Shown in pieces: positions 11,197-21,349 of a stretch of DNA of 59,779 nt. A program made the translations under genes and the position numbers. The stretch lies in assembly GCF_046545975.1 (NCBI RefSeq), contig NZ_JBKGYT010000001.1, positions 1-59,779 of the forward strand, in the 5' to 3' direction. This DNA comes from Guyparkeria sp. GTDB lineage: Bacteria; Pseudomonadota; Gammaproteobacteria; Halothiobacillales; Halothiobacillaceae. The notes under the pieces were generated by a model that saw only the letters and a list, made by a program, of their open reading frames with translations, made no database searches and was not told where the DNA came from. Numbering within the stretch: position 1 is the stretch's first letter; every line of letters starts with the position of its first letter.

Positions 11197-12101
11197 TGGG
11201 TATCGGACTGCTGATCGACAACGCCGGCTGGTTCGCGCTGGGTCTGGTCCTGATCGCCCTGTCGGCACTGACCCACCCGGAGCGACGGCGTTTCTGGATC
11301 TGGGCCCTGCCCGTCGCCCTGCTGATCGTCCTCGTCGGGGTGCTCTTCCCGGCCGTGAGCGGACAGATGGACGGCGTGGGCTGGAAGGCGTGGCTGGTGA
11401 TCGCCGTGCTGGCATTCGGCGTGGCAGCGGCGCCCTGGTACCCCGGCAGCCGCGACCAGGAAACCCGCCTGATCGACCTGGTGCGCGGCGTCTCGATCGT
11501 CCTGATCGGCAGCGGCCTGACCCTGGCCCTGCTCGGGCTGATCGGCTGGGATCAGACCACCCTCTACGTCCGCGCCTGGGACCTGAGGCTGACGGCCCTG
11601 ATCGGCATCTTCATCGGCGTGTGGAGCGCGGTGGCGGGTCTGATCCACTGGCTGCGGCTCAAGGGTTCCATCAAGGCCCAGCGACGCGGCTCGCGCAACC
11701 AGCAACTGGCCCAGTGGGCGGTACTGGCCATCATCCTGGTCCTGGGGACGATCGCGGTGATCTACCCGAAGGCCGCCACCGCGCCGCTGATCCTGATGAT
11801 CGTGCTGGCCATCGAGTGGGCGGCGCTCGCGGCACTCCAGCAACGCCACGAGGATCTCGTCCACATCCAGGCACGGCACGTCGGCTGGCTGGGCGTGGCC
11901 ATCGTCACCTTGGGCTACGTGCAGAGCAGTCTGCTGCTGCTGGTGATCGGCAGTCTGGTTGTAGCCGGCTCGGTCCACTTCATCAAGCGCCAGGGGGCCT
12001 TCTGCCAGATCAGCCGGCGCACCTTCTATACCGACGAGACCGAGGACGCGACCGCCGACAGAGAAGAGGAAGAGGCCGAGTCGGCACCGCCGTCAGGCTG
12101 A
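11196..12101 (+). CDS. Hypothetical multi-pass membrane protein (about 8-9 TM, acidic tail)
   Basis: TGATG stop/start overlap with the previous gene; many hydrophobic helices. Confidence 0.75.
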   Translation: MGIGLLIDNAGWFALGLVLIALSALTHPERRRFWIWALPVALLIVLVGVLFPAVSGQMDGVGWKAWLVIAVLAFGVAAAPWYPGSRDQETRLIDLVRGVSIVLIGSGLTLALLGLIGWDQTTLYVRAWDLRLTALIGIFIGVWSAVAGLIHWLRLKGSIKAQRRGSRNQQLAQWAVLAIILVLGTIAVIYPKAATAPLILMIVLAIEWAALAALQQRHEDLVHIQARHVGWLGVAIVTLGYVQSSLLLLVIGSLVVAGSVHFIKRQGAFCQISRRTFYTDETEDATADREEEEAESAPPSG

Positions 12102-12115
12102 TGCCGGGCGGGGCG

Positions 12116-12730
12116 TCAGTCGTGGCTGAGGTCGTCCAGGGTCAGTTCGAAGGCATCGACGAACCGCTCGCGGAAGTAGCCCACCGCGGGTAGGTCCTCC
12201 ATTTCCTCGAGTTTCCCGTACAGGAACTCCTCGGCCCGCCGGAACTCCTGGTTGCCCGCGGCCCGCTCCTCGATGCACTTGAGGTACGCCGACAGCGAGT
12301 CGGCCGCCTTGACCAGCCGCAGCACCTCCGGCTCGATGCGCGCGCTCTCGATCACCTCGGCGAACGATTCCCGCAGCGATTCGGGCAGCAGCCGGACGAT
12401 CTTGCGCTCGGCGTGCGCCTCGAGCGCCTTGTAGGAATCGCGGATGTCCTCGCGGAAGTACTTCACCGGCGTGGGCAGATCGCCGGTGATGATCTCCGAG
12501 GCGTCGTGATAGAGCGCCACGCTGACCACTCGGCCCACGTCGTTCGTCTCGCCGAACTGCTCGTTGCCGATCACCGCCAGGGCATGGGCGATCATCGCCA
12601 CCTGCAGGCTGTGTTCCTGGACGTTCTCGCTCCGGGTATTGCGCATCAGCCCCCAGCGGTAGATGTACTTCATCCGCGAGAGGTAGGCGAAGAAGTGACT
12701 TTTCTCGGGGCTTTGATCGGATTCGCTCAT
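12116..12730 (-). CDS. yfbR: HD-domain 5'-deoxynucleotidase YfbR
   Basis: SHFFAYLSRMKYI.RW.LMRN...ENV.EHSLQVA, YHDASE..TGDLPTPVKY, AYLKCIEE..AGNQEF. Confidence 0.93.
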   Translation of the reverse strand: MSESDQSPEKSHFFAYLSRMKYIYRWGLMRNTRSENVQEHSLQVAMIAHALAVIGNEQFGETNDVGRVVSVALYHDASEIITGDLPTPVKYFREDIRDSYKALEAHAERKIVRLLPESLRESFAEVIESARIEPEVLRLVKAADSLSAYLKCIEERAAGNQEFRRAEEFLYGKLEEMEDLPAVGYFRERFVDAFELTLDDLSHD

Positions 12731-12787
12731 CGGGCTCTCTGCAATCGTTTCGGGTAATCGGTCAACGGTCTCGAGCGGGCGGCTCGG

Positions 12788-14224
12788 TCAGGCCTGCGTG
12801 GTCGGGCAAAAGCCCACCTCGCGGAATTCCTCGTGGAGGCTCACGGCGAAGCCGTCGGTCATCCCCGAGATCATGTCGGTCAGCAACTGGGCCTCCCGGT
12901 AGCGCAGCGGCATGGGGTTGTCCGCTGACTCGAACACCCGGCGGTAGTTCTCGGAGATGCGCTGGTAGATGTAGCCGGCCAGCGGAGTGGCGCGCTCACT
13001 GGCCGGATCGTCCGGGTCGCTGCGCGCCGTGATCGCGTACCAGAAGGCATCCATCAGCCCGTGGATCACCGTCAGGCCGGTCAGCTCCACGCGCAGCACG
13101 GACTTGTGGCGGTAGGCGTGCTGCCAGTTGCAGGCCTTCAGCGCCGACAGCAGGCGCCCGCCGCGCGAGGCGGCCACCAGTTCCCGCTCGAACCGGCCCT
13201 CGGCCATGGCCGGCAGGGACTCGATGAATACCTCGCCGATCGCCTCCATCAGCGCCCCGATCGCGCGGATGCGGAAGGTCTGCATGGAAATGTCGTTGAG
13301 CTCGTCGGGGGAGAGCCGCTCGCGGCGGTAGGCCCGGTGCTCGGCCATCGCCGACTCGCAGACCGCGGTGACCACCGGGTCGTCCGGCGCCTCGTGGCGC
13401 AGGAAGGCGATGGTATCGGAAAACGACAGCAGCCCCTTCTTGACCGCGTCCTCGGCATCGAGGACCGAATAGGCGATGTCGTCGCAGGCCTCCATGATCC
13501 AGGTCAGCGGATGTCGCTGCCCGGCGACCAGCCCCGTGCCCGCCCAGACCTCCTCCATCAGCGCCGACTCGGACTGAAAGTACCCGTGTTTCTTGTGGGT
13601 GACCCGGTAGGCATCCAGCCGATCGCTGGCGGTGGGGTACTTCACCAGCGCCGCGAGGGTGGCCATGGTCAGGTTCAGACCGTAATCGTCGTTGATCAGC
13701 TGCAGCTTGGTGAGCAACCGCAGGGTCTGGGCATTGCCCTCGAAGCGCAGGAAATCCTCCTTCATCGCCGGCGTCAGGTCGCCGCTGCCATCGAGCACCT
13801 GGTGGCGATTGATGGCGAACCAGCGGGCGATCGCGTCCTCGCCCTGGTGGCCGAACGGCGGGTTGCCGAGGTCGTGGGCCAGCCCGATGGTTGCCAGCAG
13901 GGCGGGCACGTCGCGCAGGGCTTCGGGCAGGCCGGCGGCGACCCGGCGATTGAATACCAGGTCGATGCCCACCGACCGGGCCAGGTTGGCCACCTCGTGA
14001 GAATGGGTCAGCCGGGTGCGGACGCTGTCCGACCGGTCGAGGGGAAAGACCTGCGTCTTGTCGGCCATGCGCCGCACGGGCGTGGAAAACAGCACGCGGT
14101 CGTAGTCGCGCTCGATGGCGGTGCGCGGCTGGCTGCCCACGCCCGGAGCCGTCCTGCCGCTACCGGGCCGTCGGCGGTCCGGGTTCAGCCAGCGGCGCCA
14201 GTGCTCGTCCAGGTCCTGAATCAT
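12788..14224 (-). CDS. dgt: dGTP/dNTP triphosphohydrolase (HD superfamily)
   Basis: KTQVFPL..SVRTRLTHSHEV, AHDLGNPPFGHQGE, FEGNAQT, KYP, EACDDIAY...DAED, DMISGMTD. Confidence 0.93.
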   Translation of the reverse strand: MIQDLDEHWRRWLNPDRRRPGSGRTAPGVGSQPRTAIERDYDRVLFSTPVRRMADKTQVFPLDRSDSVRTRLTHSHEVANLARSVGIDLVFNRRVAAGLPEALRDVPALLATIGLAHDLGNPPFGHQGEDAIARWFAINRHQVLDGSGDLTPAMKEDFLRFEGNAQTLRLLTKLQLINDDYGLNLTMATLAALVKYPTASDRLDAYRVTHKKHGYFQSESALMEEVWAGTGLVAGQRHPLTWIMEACDDIAYSVLDAEDAVKKGLLSFSDTIAFLRHEAPDDPVVTAVCESAMAEHRAYRRERLSPDELNDISMQTFRIRAIGALMEAIGEVFIESLPAMAEGRFERELVAASRGGRLLSALKACNWQHAYRHKSVLRVELTGLTVIHGLMDAFWYAITARSDPDDPASERATPLAGYIYQRISENYRRVFESADNPMPLRYREAQLLTDMISGMTDGFAVSLHEEFREVGFCPTTQA

Positions 14225-14462
14225 GTCTTCCTCGCGGGAGTCTCGGGGTTGCTTCGCGGTCTTCGGCCACCGCCGGAAATAGCCCGGCCCTTCTGCTAGC
14301 CTTCTGGGGTTCCCGGACCCCGACCGGGGGCGGCAGACGCGGTCTGCCCGGAACGATACGGAATAGAGAACCACAACCCTATACCCGCCGCAATCGATCG
14401 ACCCGGCCCGGGGATACGGGCGGCGGTCACACCGATAGATATTCCAGCGAGGGCGAAACAAC

Positions 14463-15320
14463 ATGAACACGACGATCGGAGTCATCGGCCTGGGGCTGAT
14501 GGGAGCGGCGATGGCGCGTCGACTGGCCGAGGCGGGCTGGTCGGTGCTGGGCTACAACCGGACACCCCGCGAGGTCGATGGCGTCGAGACGCTCTCGGAG
14601 CTTCCCGAGTTCGCACGGCGCGCCGAGACGCTGTGGCTCATGGTCAGCGACGAGGCGGCCTGCCGCGAGGTGATCGAGTCGCTGGGAGAGGAGGGCGTCC
14701 GCGGCCATGTCGTGATCAACAGCTCGACCATCGCCCCCGAAGAGTCCTCCGCGCTGGCCCGGCGCGTCTCGGCGCTGGGCGGGGAATATCTCGAAGCCCC
14801 GGTGCTCGGCTCGATCCCGCAGGCGACCACCGGCACGCTGCAACTGCTGCTGGGCGGCCCCGACGCCCTGGTCGCCCGCCACGACGACCTGCTGCGGGCA
14901 CTGGGCACGCCGACGCACTTCGGCGAGATACGCAGCGGTGCGGCGGCCAAGCTGGCGTTCAACCAGCTGATCGGCTCGCTGACCGCCGCCTTCTCGATGA
15001 GCCTCGGGCTGGTGCAGCGCGAGGGGGTGGACGTGGACAAGTTCATGGACACCCTGCGCGAGTCGGCCCTCTACGCGCCGACCTTCGACAAGAAACTGGC
15101 CAACATGCTGGATCACTCCTTCGACAAGGCCAACTTCCCCTTGAAGCACCTGCTCAAGGACATCCGCCTGTTCACCCGCAGCGCGGCCGGCCAGGACATT
15201 GACACCCACCTGCTGATCGGGCTGCAGCACGTGCTCGAGGAAGGCGTCTGCGCCGGCCACGGCACCCACGACTACTCGTCCCTCTACGAGAGCATCGTCC
15301 GCCAGCGCCCGCTGCACTGA
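14463..15320 (+). CDS. NAD(P)-dependent oxidoreductase, 3-hydroxyisobutyrate/beta-hydroxyacid dehydrogenase family
   Basis: IGLGLMG Rossmann motif, EAPVLGS, catalytic K..N (AKLAFN), KDIRL. Confidence 0.88.
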   Translation: MNTTIGVIGLGLMGAAMARRLAEAGWSVLGYNRTPREVDGVETLSELPEFARRAETLWLMVSDEAACREVIESLGEEGVRGHVVINSSTIAPEESSALARRVSALGGEYLEAPVLGSIPQATTGTLQLLLGGPDALVARHDDLLRALGTPTHFGEIRSGAAAKLAFNQLIGSLTAAFSMSLGLVQREGVDVDKFMDTLRESALYAPTFDKKLANMLDHSFDKANFPLKHLLKDIRLFTRSAAGQDIDTHLLIGLQHVLEEGVCAGHGTHDYSSLYESIVRQRPLH

Positions 15321-15441
15321 GCCACCCGGGAAGTCGCTCAACAAGCCGCCTGCCAGCGGGTACAATGACGGGTTTCCGGTCGGCACCGTTCGGCGGTCCG
15401 GCCCGCTTCCATCGAACCAATCGCAGGAAACCGGACATCTC

Positions 15442-17004
15442 ATGAGCCATCATGCCGTCAAGCCCCGCCGTGCGCTGCTGAGCGTCTCCGACAAGACCGG
15501 GATCCTGGGCCTGGCCCAGGGTCTCCACGCCGCCGGAGTGGAGCTGCTCTCCACGGGTGGCACCGCCCGCCTGCTGCGCGAGAACGACGTGCCCGTGCAC
15601 GAGGTCAGCGACGTCACCGGCTTCCCGGAGATCATGGCCGGGCGAGTCAAGACGCTCAACCCGCTGATCCACGGCGGCATTCTCGGCCGCCGGGGCACGG
15701 ACGACGAGGTGATGGCCACCCACGGCATCACCCCGATCGATCTCGTGGTGGTCAATCTCTACCCCTTCGCCCGCACCGTGGCCGACCCGGACTGCGACCT
15801 GCCCACGGCGATCGAGAACATCGACATCGGCGGCCCGGCGATGGTCCGCGCGGCGGCCAAGAACCACAACGACGTGGCGATCGTGGTCAACCCGGCCGAC
15901 TACGAGGTGGTGCTCGAGGAGATCAACGGCGAGGGCATCTCCATGGCCACGCGCCAGCGGCTCGCCTCGGCGGCCTTCAGCCACACCGCGCAGTACGACG
16001 GCATGATCGCCGACTACCTCGGCCGCCAGTTCGAGGACAGCGCCTTCGCGCCGACCTGGCACCTGCCGCTGAACAAGTCGATGGACCTGCGCTACGGCGA
16101 GAACCCGCACCAGAACGCGGCCTTCTACGTCGAACCGGACGCCGCCCCGGGCACGCTCGCCCGCGCCCGGATCGTGCAAGGCAAGCCCTTGTCCTTCAAC
16201 AACCTCGCCGACGCCGATGCCGCGCTCGAGTGCGTCAAGCAGTTCGACCGGCCGGCCTGCGTGATCGTCAAGCACGCCAACCCCTGCGGCGTGGCCACCG
16301 GCGAGGACATCACCACCGCCTACGACCGGGCGTTCGCCACCGACCCGACCTCGGCCTTCGGCGGCATCATCGCCTTCAACCGGCCGCTGGACGCCCACAC
16401 GGCGCGGACCATCGTCGAGCGACAGTTCGTCGAGGTGATCATCGCCCCCGAGATCGGCAACGAGGCGGCCTCCGAGCTGGCCGCCAAGCCCAACGTCCGG
16501 GCGCTGGCGATCGACGACTGGTCGGTCAAGCAGGCCCCGGGCATGGACTTCAAGCGCATCGGCGGCGGGTTGCTGGTGCAGGACTTCGACCACGGCGTGA
16601 TCGGCGAAACCGACCTGAAGATCGTCACCAAGCGCACACCCGACGAGGCGGAGATCCAGGACCTGCTGTTCGCCTGGCAGGTCGCCAAGTTCGTCAAGTC
16701 CAACGCCATCGTCTACGCCAGCGGCCAGCAGACCATCGGCGTGGGCGCCGGCCAGATGAGCCGCGTCTACTCGGCCCGTATTGCCGGCATCAAGGCCGCC
16801 GATGCCAGCCTGCCGGTGGAGGGGTCGGTCATGGCATCGGACGCCTTCTTCCCGTTCCGCGACGGCATCGATGCCGCCGCCGAGGCGGGCATCCGGGCGG
16901 TGATCCAGCCGGGCGGCTCGATGCGCGACCAGGAAGTGATCGACGCGGCCGACGAACACGGCATCGCCATGGTGTTCACCGGCATGCGGCATTTCCGCCA
17001 CTGA
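15442..17004 (+). CDS. purH: Bifunctional AICAR transformylase/IMP cyclohydrolase
   Basis: [41 protein letters not shown], terminal GMRHFRH. Confidence 0.98.
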   Translation: MSHHAVKPRRALLSVSDKTGILGLAQGLHAAGVELLSTGGTARLLRENDVPVHEVSDVTGFPEIMAGRVKTLNPLIHGGILGRRGTDDEVMATHGITPIDLVVVNLYPFARTVADPDCDLPTAIENIDIGGPAMVRAAAKNHNDVAIVVNPADYEVVLEEINGEGISMATRQRLASAAFSHTAQYDGMIADYLGRQFEDSAFAPTWHLPLNKSMDLRYGENPHQNAAFYVEPDAAPGTLARARIVQGKPLSFNNLADADAALECVKQFDRPACVIVKHANPCGVATGEDITTAYDRAFATDPTSAFGGIIAFNRPLDAHTARTIVERQFVEVIIAPEIGNEAASELAAKPNVRALAIDDWSVKQAPGMDFKRIGGGLLVQDFDHGVIGETDLKIVTKRTPDEAEIQDLLFAWQVAKFVKSNAIVYASGQQTIGVGAGQMSRVYSARIAGIKAADASLPVEGSVMASDAFFPFRDGIDAAAEAGIRAVIQPGGSMRDQEVIDAADEHGIAMVFTGMRHFRH

Positions 17005-17023
17005 GCCGGCGAGCGTCGCCCCA

Positions 17024-17062
17024 AACGAACGAGGCCCCTCCTGGTGAGGGGCCTCGTTCGTT
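17024..17062. terminator. 17-bp stem hairpin, probable bidirectional terminator
   Basis: AACGAACGAGGCCCCTC-ctggt-GAGGGGCCTCGTTCGTT between convergent genes. Confidence 0.8.
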
Positions 17063-17068
17063 CCAGGA

Positions 17069-17248
17069 TCAGGCGAAGGGGTCGAACGGCTCGTCGCGGC
17101 GCCGCCGGTGCCGCTTGAGTTCCAGTTGCAGTGACTTGATGGCCACCTCCTCGTCGACGGGCGCCGACTCCCGTCGCTCCAGTTCCGCGCGCGCCTGCTC
17201 GAGCAGTGCCCGCAACTCGTGATGGTCGAGTCCGTCGAGATCCAGCAT
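17069..17248 (-). CDS. Small hypothetical coiled-coil protein (59 aa)
   Basis: [27 protein letters not shown]...; ATG just after the phosphatase stop and ORF ends at the terminator. Confidence 0.6.
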   Translation of the reverse strand: MLDLDGLDHHELRALLEQARAELERRESAPVDEEVAIKSLQLELKRHRRRRDEPFDPFA

Positions 17249-17253
17249 GGCGT

Positions 17254-18111
17254 TCAACCCGTCGCGCCGATCACCGAATGGAAATGGTGACCGCGCCGCA
17301 CGAAGCGCTGCGTGCGGACGCTGGGATCGTGGTAGTGCGAGCTGACCGCGAGGGTGTCGCCCACTTCCACCAGTGTCAGGCCCCGACCGGGCCGCTCGTC
17401 CCAGGCGCCGCTGTCGATCCAGAGCCGGTTGCCGGCGCGCAGCGGCTGATCGACAATGGTGTGACCGGCGATCACCCAGTCGATGCCGCGCACATGGCGT
17501 TCCAGCCGGCGACCGTCGAGCACCTCGGCAAGCTGTGACCGTCCCCAGAGCAGGGTATCGAGCTGCGGATCGCCCGCCTCGCCGCCCCAGTAGGTCAGTT
17601 TCTTGACGCGCTCGAGCCGGGCGATGTTCTGGTCCCAGTCCCACAGCGGGAGTTCGGCATGGACCACGCCCACGGCCGCTGGCCCGTTACCTACCTGGAT
17701 CATCAGGGGCATCTGGCTGATCAGGTTCATCACCTCGGTGATCAGGTCGTCCCACTTGTCGTCCTTGAGCCTGTCATACGGTTCCAGCAGCCAGCCGGCG
17801 CCCATGGCCTTCAGATCCCCCCGCTGCCGTTCGCTCAGGCAGCGCTCGGCCAGTGGTACCCGATGGTTGGCGAGCACGCGCTCGTGGTTGCCCGCCACCG
17901 AAAAGAACCACGGCTCGCCGAGCAGGCGCAGCGTGCCCAGCGAATCCTCGCCGTAGTCGACCAAGTCGCCCACGGCGATCACCCGATCGTTCTCGGGGGA
18001 AAATTCGTGCTTTTCCAGGATCTTTTCCAGCAATGGGCGACTGCCGTGCAGGTCACCCACGATGAAATCCCGACCCCGGGGATTTTTCAGCAGCTGTTTA
18101 AATAACGTCAT
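17254..18111 (-). CDS. Metallophosphoesterase, PphA/lambda-phosphatase-like
   Basis: [38 protein letters not shown]. Confidence 0.85.
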   Translation of the reverse strand: MTLFKQLLKNPRGRDFIVGDLHGSRPLLEKILEKHEFSPENDRVIAVGDLVDYGEDSLGTLRLLGEPWFFSVAGNHERVLANHRVPLAERCLSERQRGDLKAMGAGWLLEPYDRLKDDKWDDLITEVMNLISQMPLMIQVGNGPAAVGVVHAELPLWDWDQNIARLERVKKLTYWGGEAGDPQLDTLLWGRSQLAEVLDGRRLERHVRGIDWVIAGHTIVDQPLRAGNRLWIDSGAWDERPGRGLTLVEVGDTLAVSSHYHDPSVRTQRFVRRGHHFHSVIGATG

Positions 18112-18466
18112 GATGCAAGACAACGCCTGCACTCGCCGGATCAGGTCCCGCGAGCGCGTTCAGTTCGGTCGATGGATCGTCCCGGGGCCATCGGCAGCAG
18201 GGCGAACGGCGGGACGAGGCTGGCTCGGGCAAAGGCTTGCCCGATTATTGCTCGATATGTTCGCTAAAAAATAACGTCAGGTCAACAGCTTGGCGCGCCA
18301 AAAGCCGGAAGCGTATCACCGGGACTAGGTCTCGCCCATGGGACGAAAAAACCGGTACCGCTTGCCGGGGTCCGTTCGGATTCGTGCAGACTTGATCCCG
18401 GGGACATAGGCAACCGGCCGGCGGTACACGTATGATCGAAGGCAACCCACAAGCATTCTCACAAGG

Positions 18467-21340
18467 TTGCTCCCCGTGTCCGAACTCGACGAGATCACCC
18501 CCGACAAGGCACTGTTCAGCCGGCTGACCTCGGCGGTGTCGCTGGACGATCGACAGCATGCCGATCTCGAACGTGCGCTGCGCTGCAGCCCGTTCATCCA
18601 GCAGAGCCTGGCGGCGGAGCCCGGTATTCTCGACTACGTGATCCGCGGGCTCGACGACCCGTTCCTCGGTGACGGGGTCGAGCAGCGACTGACCGATCTC
18701 TGCGGGGATCGCGACGCCCGCCATGCCCTCGACGCGACGGACTTCGGCCGGGAACTGCGCCGCTTCCGCCGCCGCGAGATGATCCTGATCGCCTGGCGGG
18801 ACCTAGCCGGCATCGACCGCACCGACTCCACCCTGCGGGCCCTCTCCAGGCTGGCCGACTTCTGCGTGGCCGAATCGCTCGCCTACCACGAACACCACAT
18901 GCACAAGCGATTCGGCCAGCCACGCGGTCCGGACGGCGAGCCCGTCGGACTGGTGGTGGTCGGCATGGGCAAGCTCGGCGGCGAGGAGCTGAACTATTCC
19001 TCCGATATCGACCTGATCTTCGCCTATGCCCACGAGGGCGAGACCGACGGGCGCAAGTCGATCAGCAATGCCGAGTATTTCGTCCGGCTGGGCCAGCGGA
19101 TGATCCGCTCCCTGGACGAGGTCACGGGTCACGGCTTCGTCTTTCGCGTCGACATGCGGCTGCGGCCGAACGGCGACGAGGGGCCGCTGGCCATGAGCTT
19201 CGACGGGCTGGAGATCTATTACGCCACCCGTGGCCGCGAATGGGAACGTTATGCCTGGATCAAGGCACGCGTGATCGCCGGCGATTTCGAGGCCGGCCGC
19301 GAACTGATGGAGTTGCTGCGGCCGTTCGTCTTTCGCCGCTACCTCGACTTCGGCGCCTTCAGCCAGCTGCGGGAAATGAAGCGCATGATCGAGCGCGAGA
19401 TGACCGGCGCGGCGATGAAGAACAACATCAAGCTCGGTCCCGGCGGGATCCGCGAGATCGAGTTCATCGCCCAGCTGTTCCAGTTGCTGCGCGGCGGCAG
19501 GGAACCCGACCTGCAATGCCGGCGACTGGTTCCGGTACTGCAATCGCTCGAGGCCATGGGTGAGCTCGAACCGGCCACCGTGGCGGATCTCACCGCCGGC
19601 TACGATTTCCTGCGTCGCAGCGAGAACCGGCTGCAGATGCTCTACGACCAGCAGACCCAGACCCTGCCGGACAACAAGTTCGACCAGATGCGCCTGGCCC
19701 TGGCGATGGGATTCGACGACTGGGGCGCCTTCTTGGCCGAACTCGACCGTCACCGGGTCCGGGTCCACGGCCACTTTTCGCAGGTGCTCCGCCTGCCCGA
19801 CGAGGAGGACGAGAGCGCCGACCCGCTCGAGCGGGTATGGAACGGCACGGACGAGCCGGAAACCCGGGTGCGGATCCTTCGCGAGACCGGCTTCGACGAG
19901 GCCGAGGAGATCGACCGGCGGCTGGTGGCCTGGCGCGAGGAGCAAGACACGGCGTTGAGCGGCACGGTGGCCCAACGGCTCGACCAGCTCATGCCCGACC
20001 TGCTGCGCGATATCGCCGAGTACCACCACGAGGCCACCATCCTCTCGAGGATGCTCGACCTGCTCGCCGCCATCCTGCGGCGCAGCGTCTACGTGGCCCT
20101 GCTGATCGAGCAGCCGCAGGCCCGGCGCCAGCTGGTCCGACTGCTCGACGGCAGCCCGTGGATCGCGGAGCTGCTCACCCAGCACCCGATCCTCCTCGAC
20201 GAGCTGATCGACCCGCAGACGCTCTATTCCCCGCCGGACAAGGAACAGCTGGCCCGCGAGCTGGGTGAACTGCTGGCGAAATGCCCGGACGACGAGGAAC
20301 GCAGCCTCGACGAGCTGCGGCGCTTCAAGCAGCTGGCCACCCTGCGGGTCGCCGCCGCCGACGTGGTCGGGGCGCTGCCGGTGATGCGGGTGTCGGACCA
20401 GCTGACGTGGATCGCCGAGGTGATTCTCGAGGCGGTCTACGAGCGGGCCCGCTCACAGATCGAGGCACGCCACGGCCAGCCGCGCGCGGTGGACGAGTCG
20501 GGCGAGCCGTTCACGCCCGGGCTGGCGATCATCGGCTACGGCAAGCTCGGCGGGATCGAGCTGGGCTACGGGTCGGACCTCGATCTCGTCTTCCTGCACG
20601 ATTCCACCGACCGCGAGGCGGTCACCGACGGCGACAAGACCATCGACAACAGCCTGTTCTTCGCCCGCCTGGCGCAGAAGATCATCCATACGCTCAGCAT
20701 CCGCACGCCGGCGGGCGTGCTCTACGAGGTGGACACGCGGCTGCGGCCCGACGGCGTGGGCGGCCTGCTGGTCTCGTCGATCAACGCCTTCGCCCAGTAC
20801 CAGGCCGAGCACGCCTGGGTCTGGGAGGTCCAGGCCATGTGCCGCGCCCGGTTCGTCGCGGGCACCGAGCGGGTCGGCGAGGCCTTCGCCTCGATCCGGC
20901 AGCAGTCGCTGGCGCAGCCGCGAGACGAGGCCGAGCTGCGCGAGTCGGTCGTCGGCATGCGCCGGAAGATGCGCGAGAACCAGGAAACGACCCCCCCGGG
21001 CCTGTTCCATCTCAAGCGCGACGTCGGCGGCATCACCGATATCGAGTTCCTGGTGCAGTACCTGCTGCTCAGGCATGCCGGGGAGCACCCGGAGATCCTG
21101 CGCTTCACGGACAACATCCGTCAGCTGGAATCGCTCCGCCGTGCGGGGGTGATCGACGAGACGATCTGCGAGGACCTGACCCACGCCTACCGGAGCCTCC
21201 GGGACGCGGGGCATCGCCAGGCACTCAAGGGACGCCGGTCGATCGTCAATGCCGCCGCCTACTCCCAGCAACGTGACATCGTCATCCGCCAGTGGCAGGA
21301 CGTGCTGGGCGAGCCGCCACCCGGGGCGGTAACCGGCTGA
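18467..21340 (+). CDS. glnE: Glutamine synthetase adenylyltransferase/adenylyl-removing enzyme
   Basis: Two nucleotidyltransferase domains: GMGKLGG.ELNYSSDIDL and GYGKLGG.ELGYGSDLDL; RVDMRLRP, KLGPGGIREIEF. Confidence 0.96.
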   Translation: MLPVSELDEITPDKALFSRLTSAVSLDDRQHADLERALRCSPFIQQSLAAEPGILDYVIRGLDDPFLGDGVEQRLTDLCGDRDARHALDATDFGRELRRFRRREMILIAWRDLAGIDRTDSTLRALSRLADFCVAESLAYHEHHMHKRFGQPRGPDGEPVGLVVVGMGKLGGEELNYSSDIDLIFAYAHEGETDGRKSISNAEYFVRLGQRMIRSLDEVTGHGFVFRVDMRLRPNGDEGPLAMSFDGLEIYYATRGREWERYAWIKARVIAGDFEAGRELMELLRPFVFRRYLDFGAFSQLREMKRMIEREMTGAAMKNNIKLGPGGIREIEFIAQLFQLLRGGREPDLQCRRLVPVLQSLEAMGELEPATVADLTAGYDFLRRSENRLQMLYDQQTQTLPDNKFDQMRLALAMGFDDWGAFLAELDRHRVRVHGHFSQVLRLPDEEDESADPLERVWNGTDEPETRVRILRETGFDEAEEIDRRLVAWREEQDTALSGTVAQRLDQLMPDLLRDIAEYHHEATILSRMLDLLAAILRRSVYVALLIEQPQARRQLVRLLDGSPWIAELLTQHPILLDELIDPQTLYSPPDKEQLARELGELLAKCPDDEERSLDELRRFKQLATLRVAAADVVGALPVMRVSDQLTWIAEVILEAVYERARSQIEARHGQPRAVDESGEPFTPGLAIIGYGKLGGIELGYGSDLDLVFLHDSTDREAVTDGDKTIDNSLFFARLAQKIIHTLSIRTPAGVLYEVDTRLRPDGVGGLLVSSINAFAQYQAEHAWVWEVQAMCRARFVAGTERVGEAFASIRQQSLAQPRDEAELRESVVGMRRKMRENQETTPPGLFHLKRDVGGITDIEFLVQYLLLRHAGEHPEILRFTDNIRQLESLRRAGVIDETICEDLTHAYRSLRDAGHRQALKGRRSIVNAAAYSQQRDIVIRQWQDVLGEPPPGAVTG

Positions 21341-21349
21341 GCCTCCCGG

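Noticed and set aside
15321-15441. ZTP (pfl) riboswitch upstream of purH
   Set aside because: The conserved GACUGGCG, GGGGAGC and CGCCUGGGC elements are absent.
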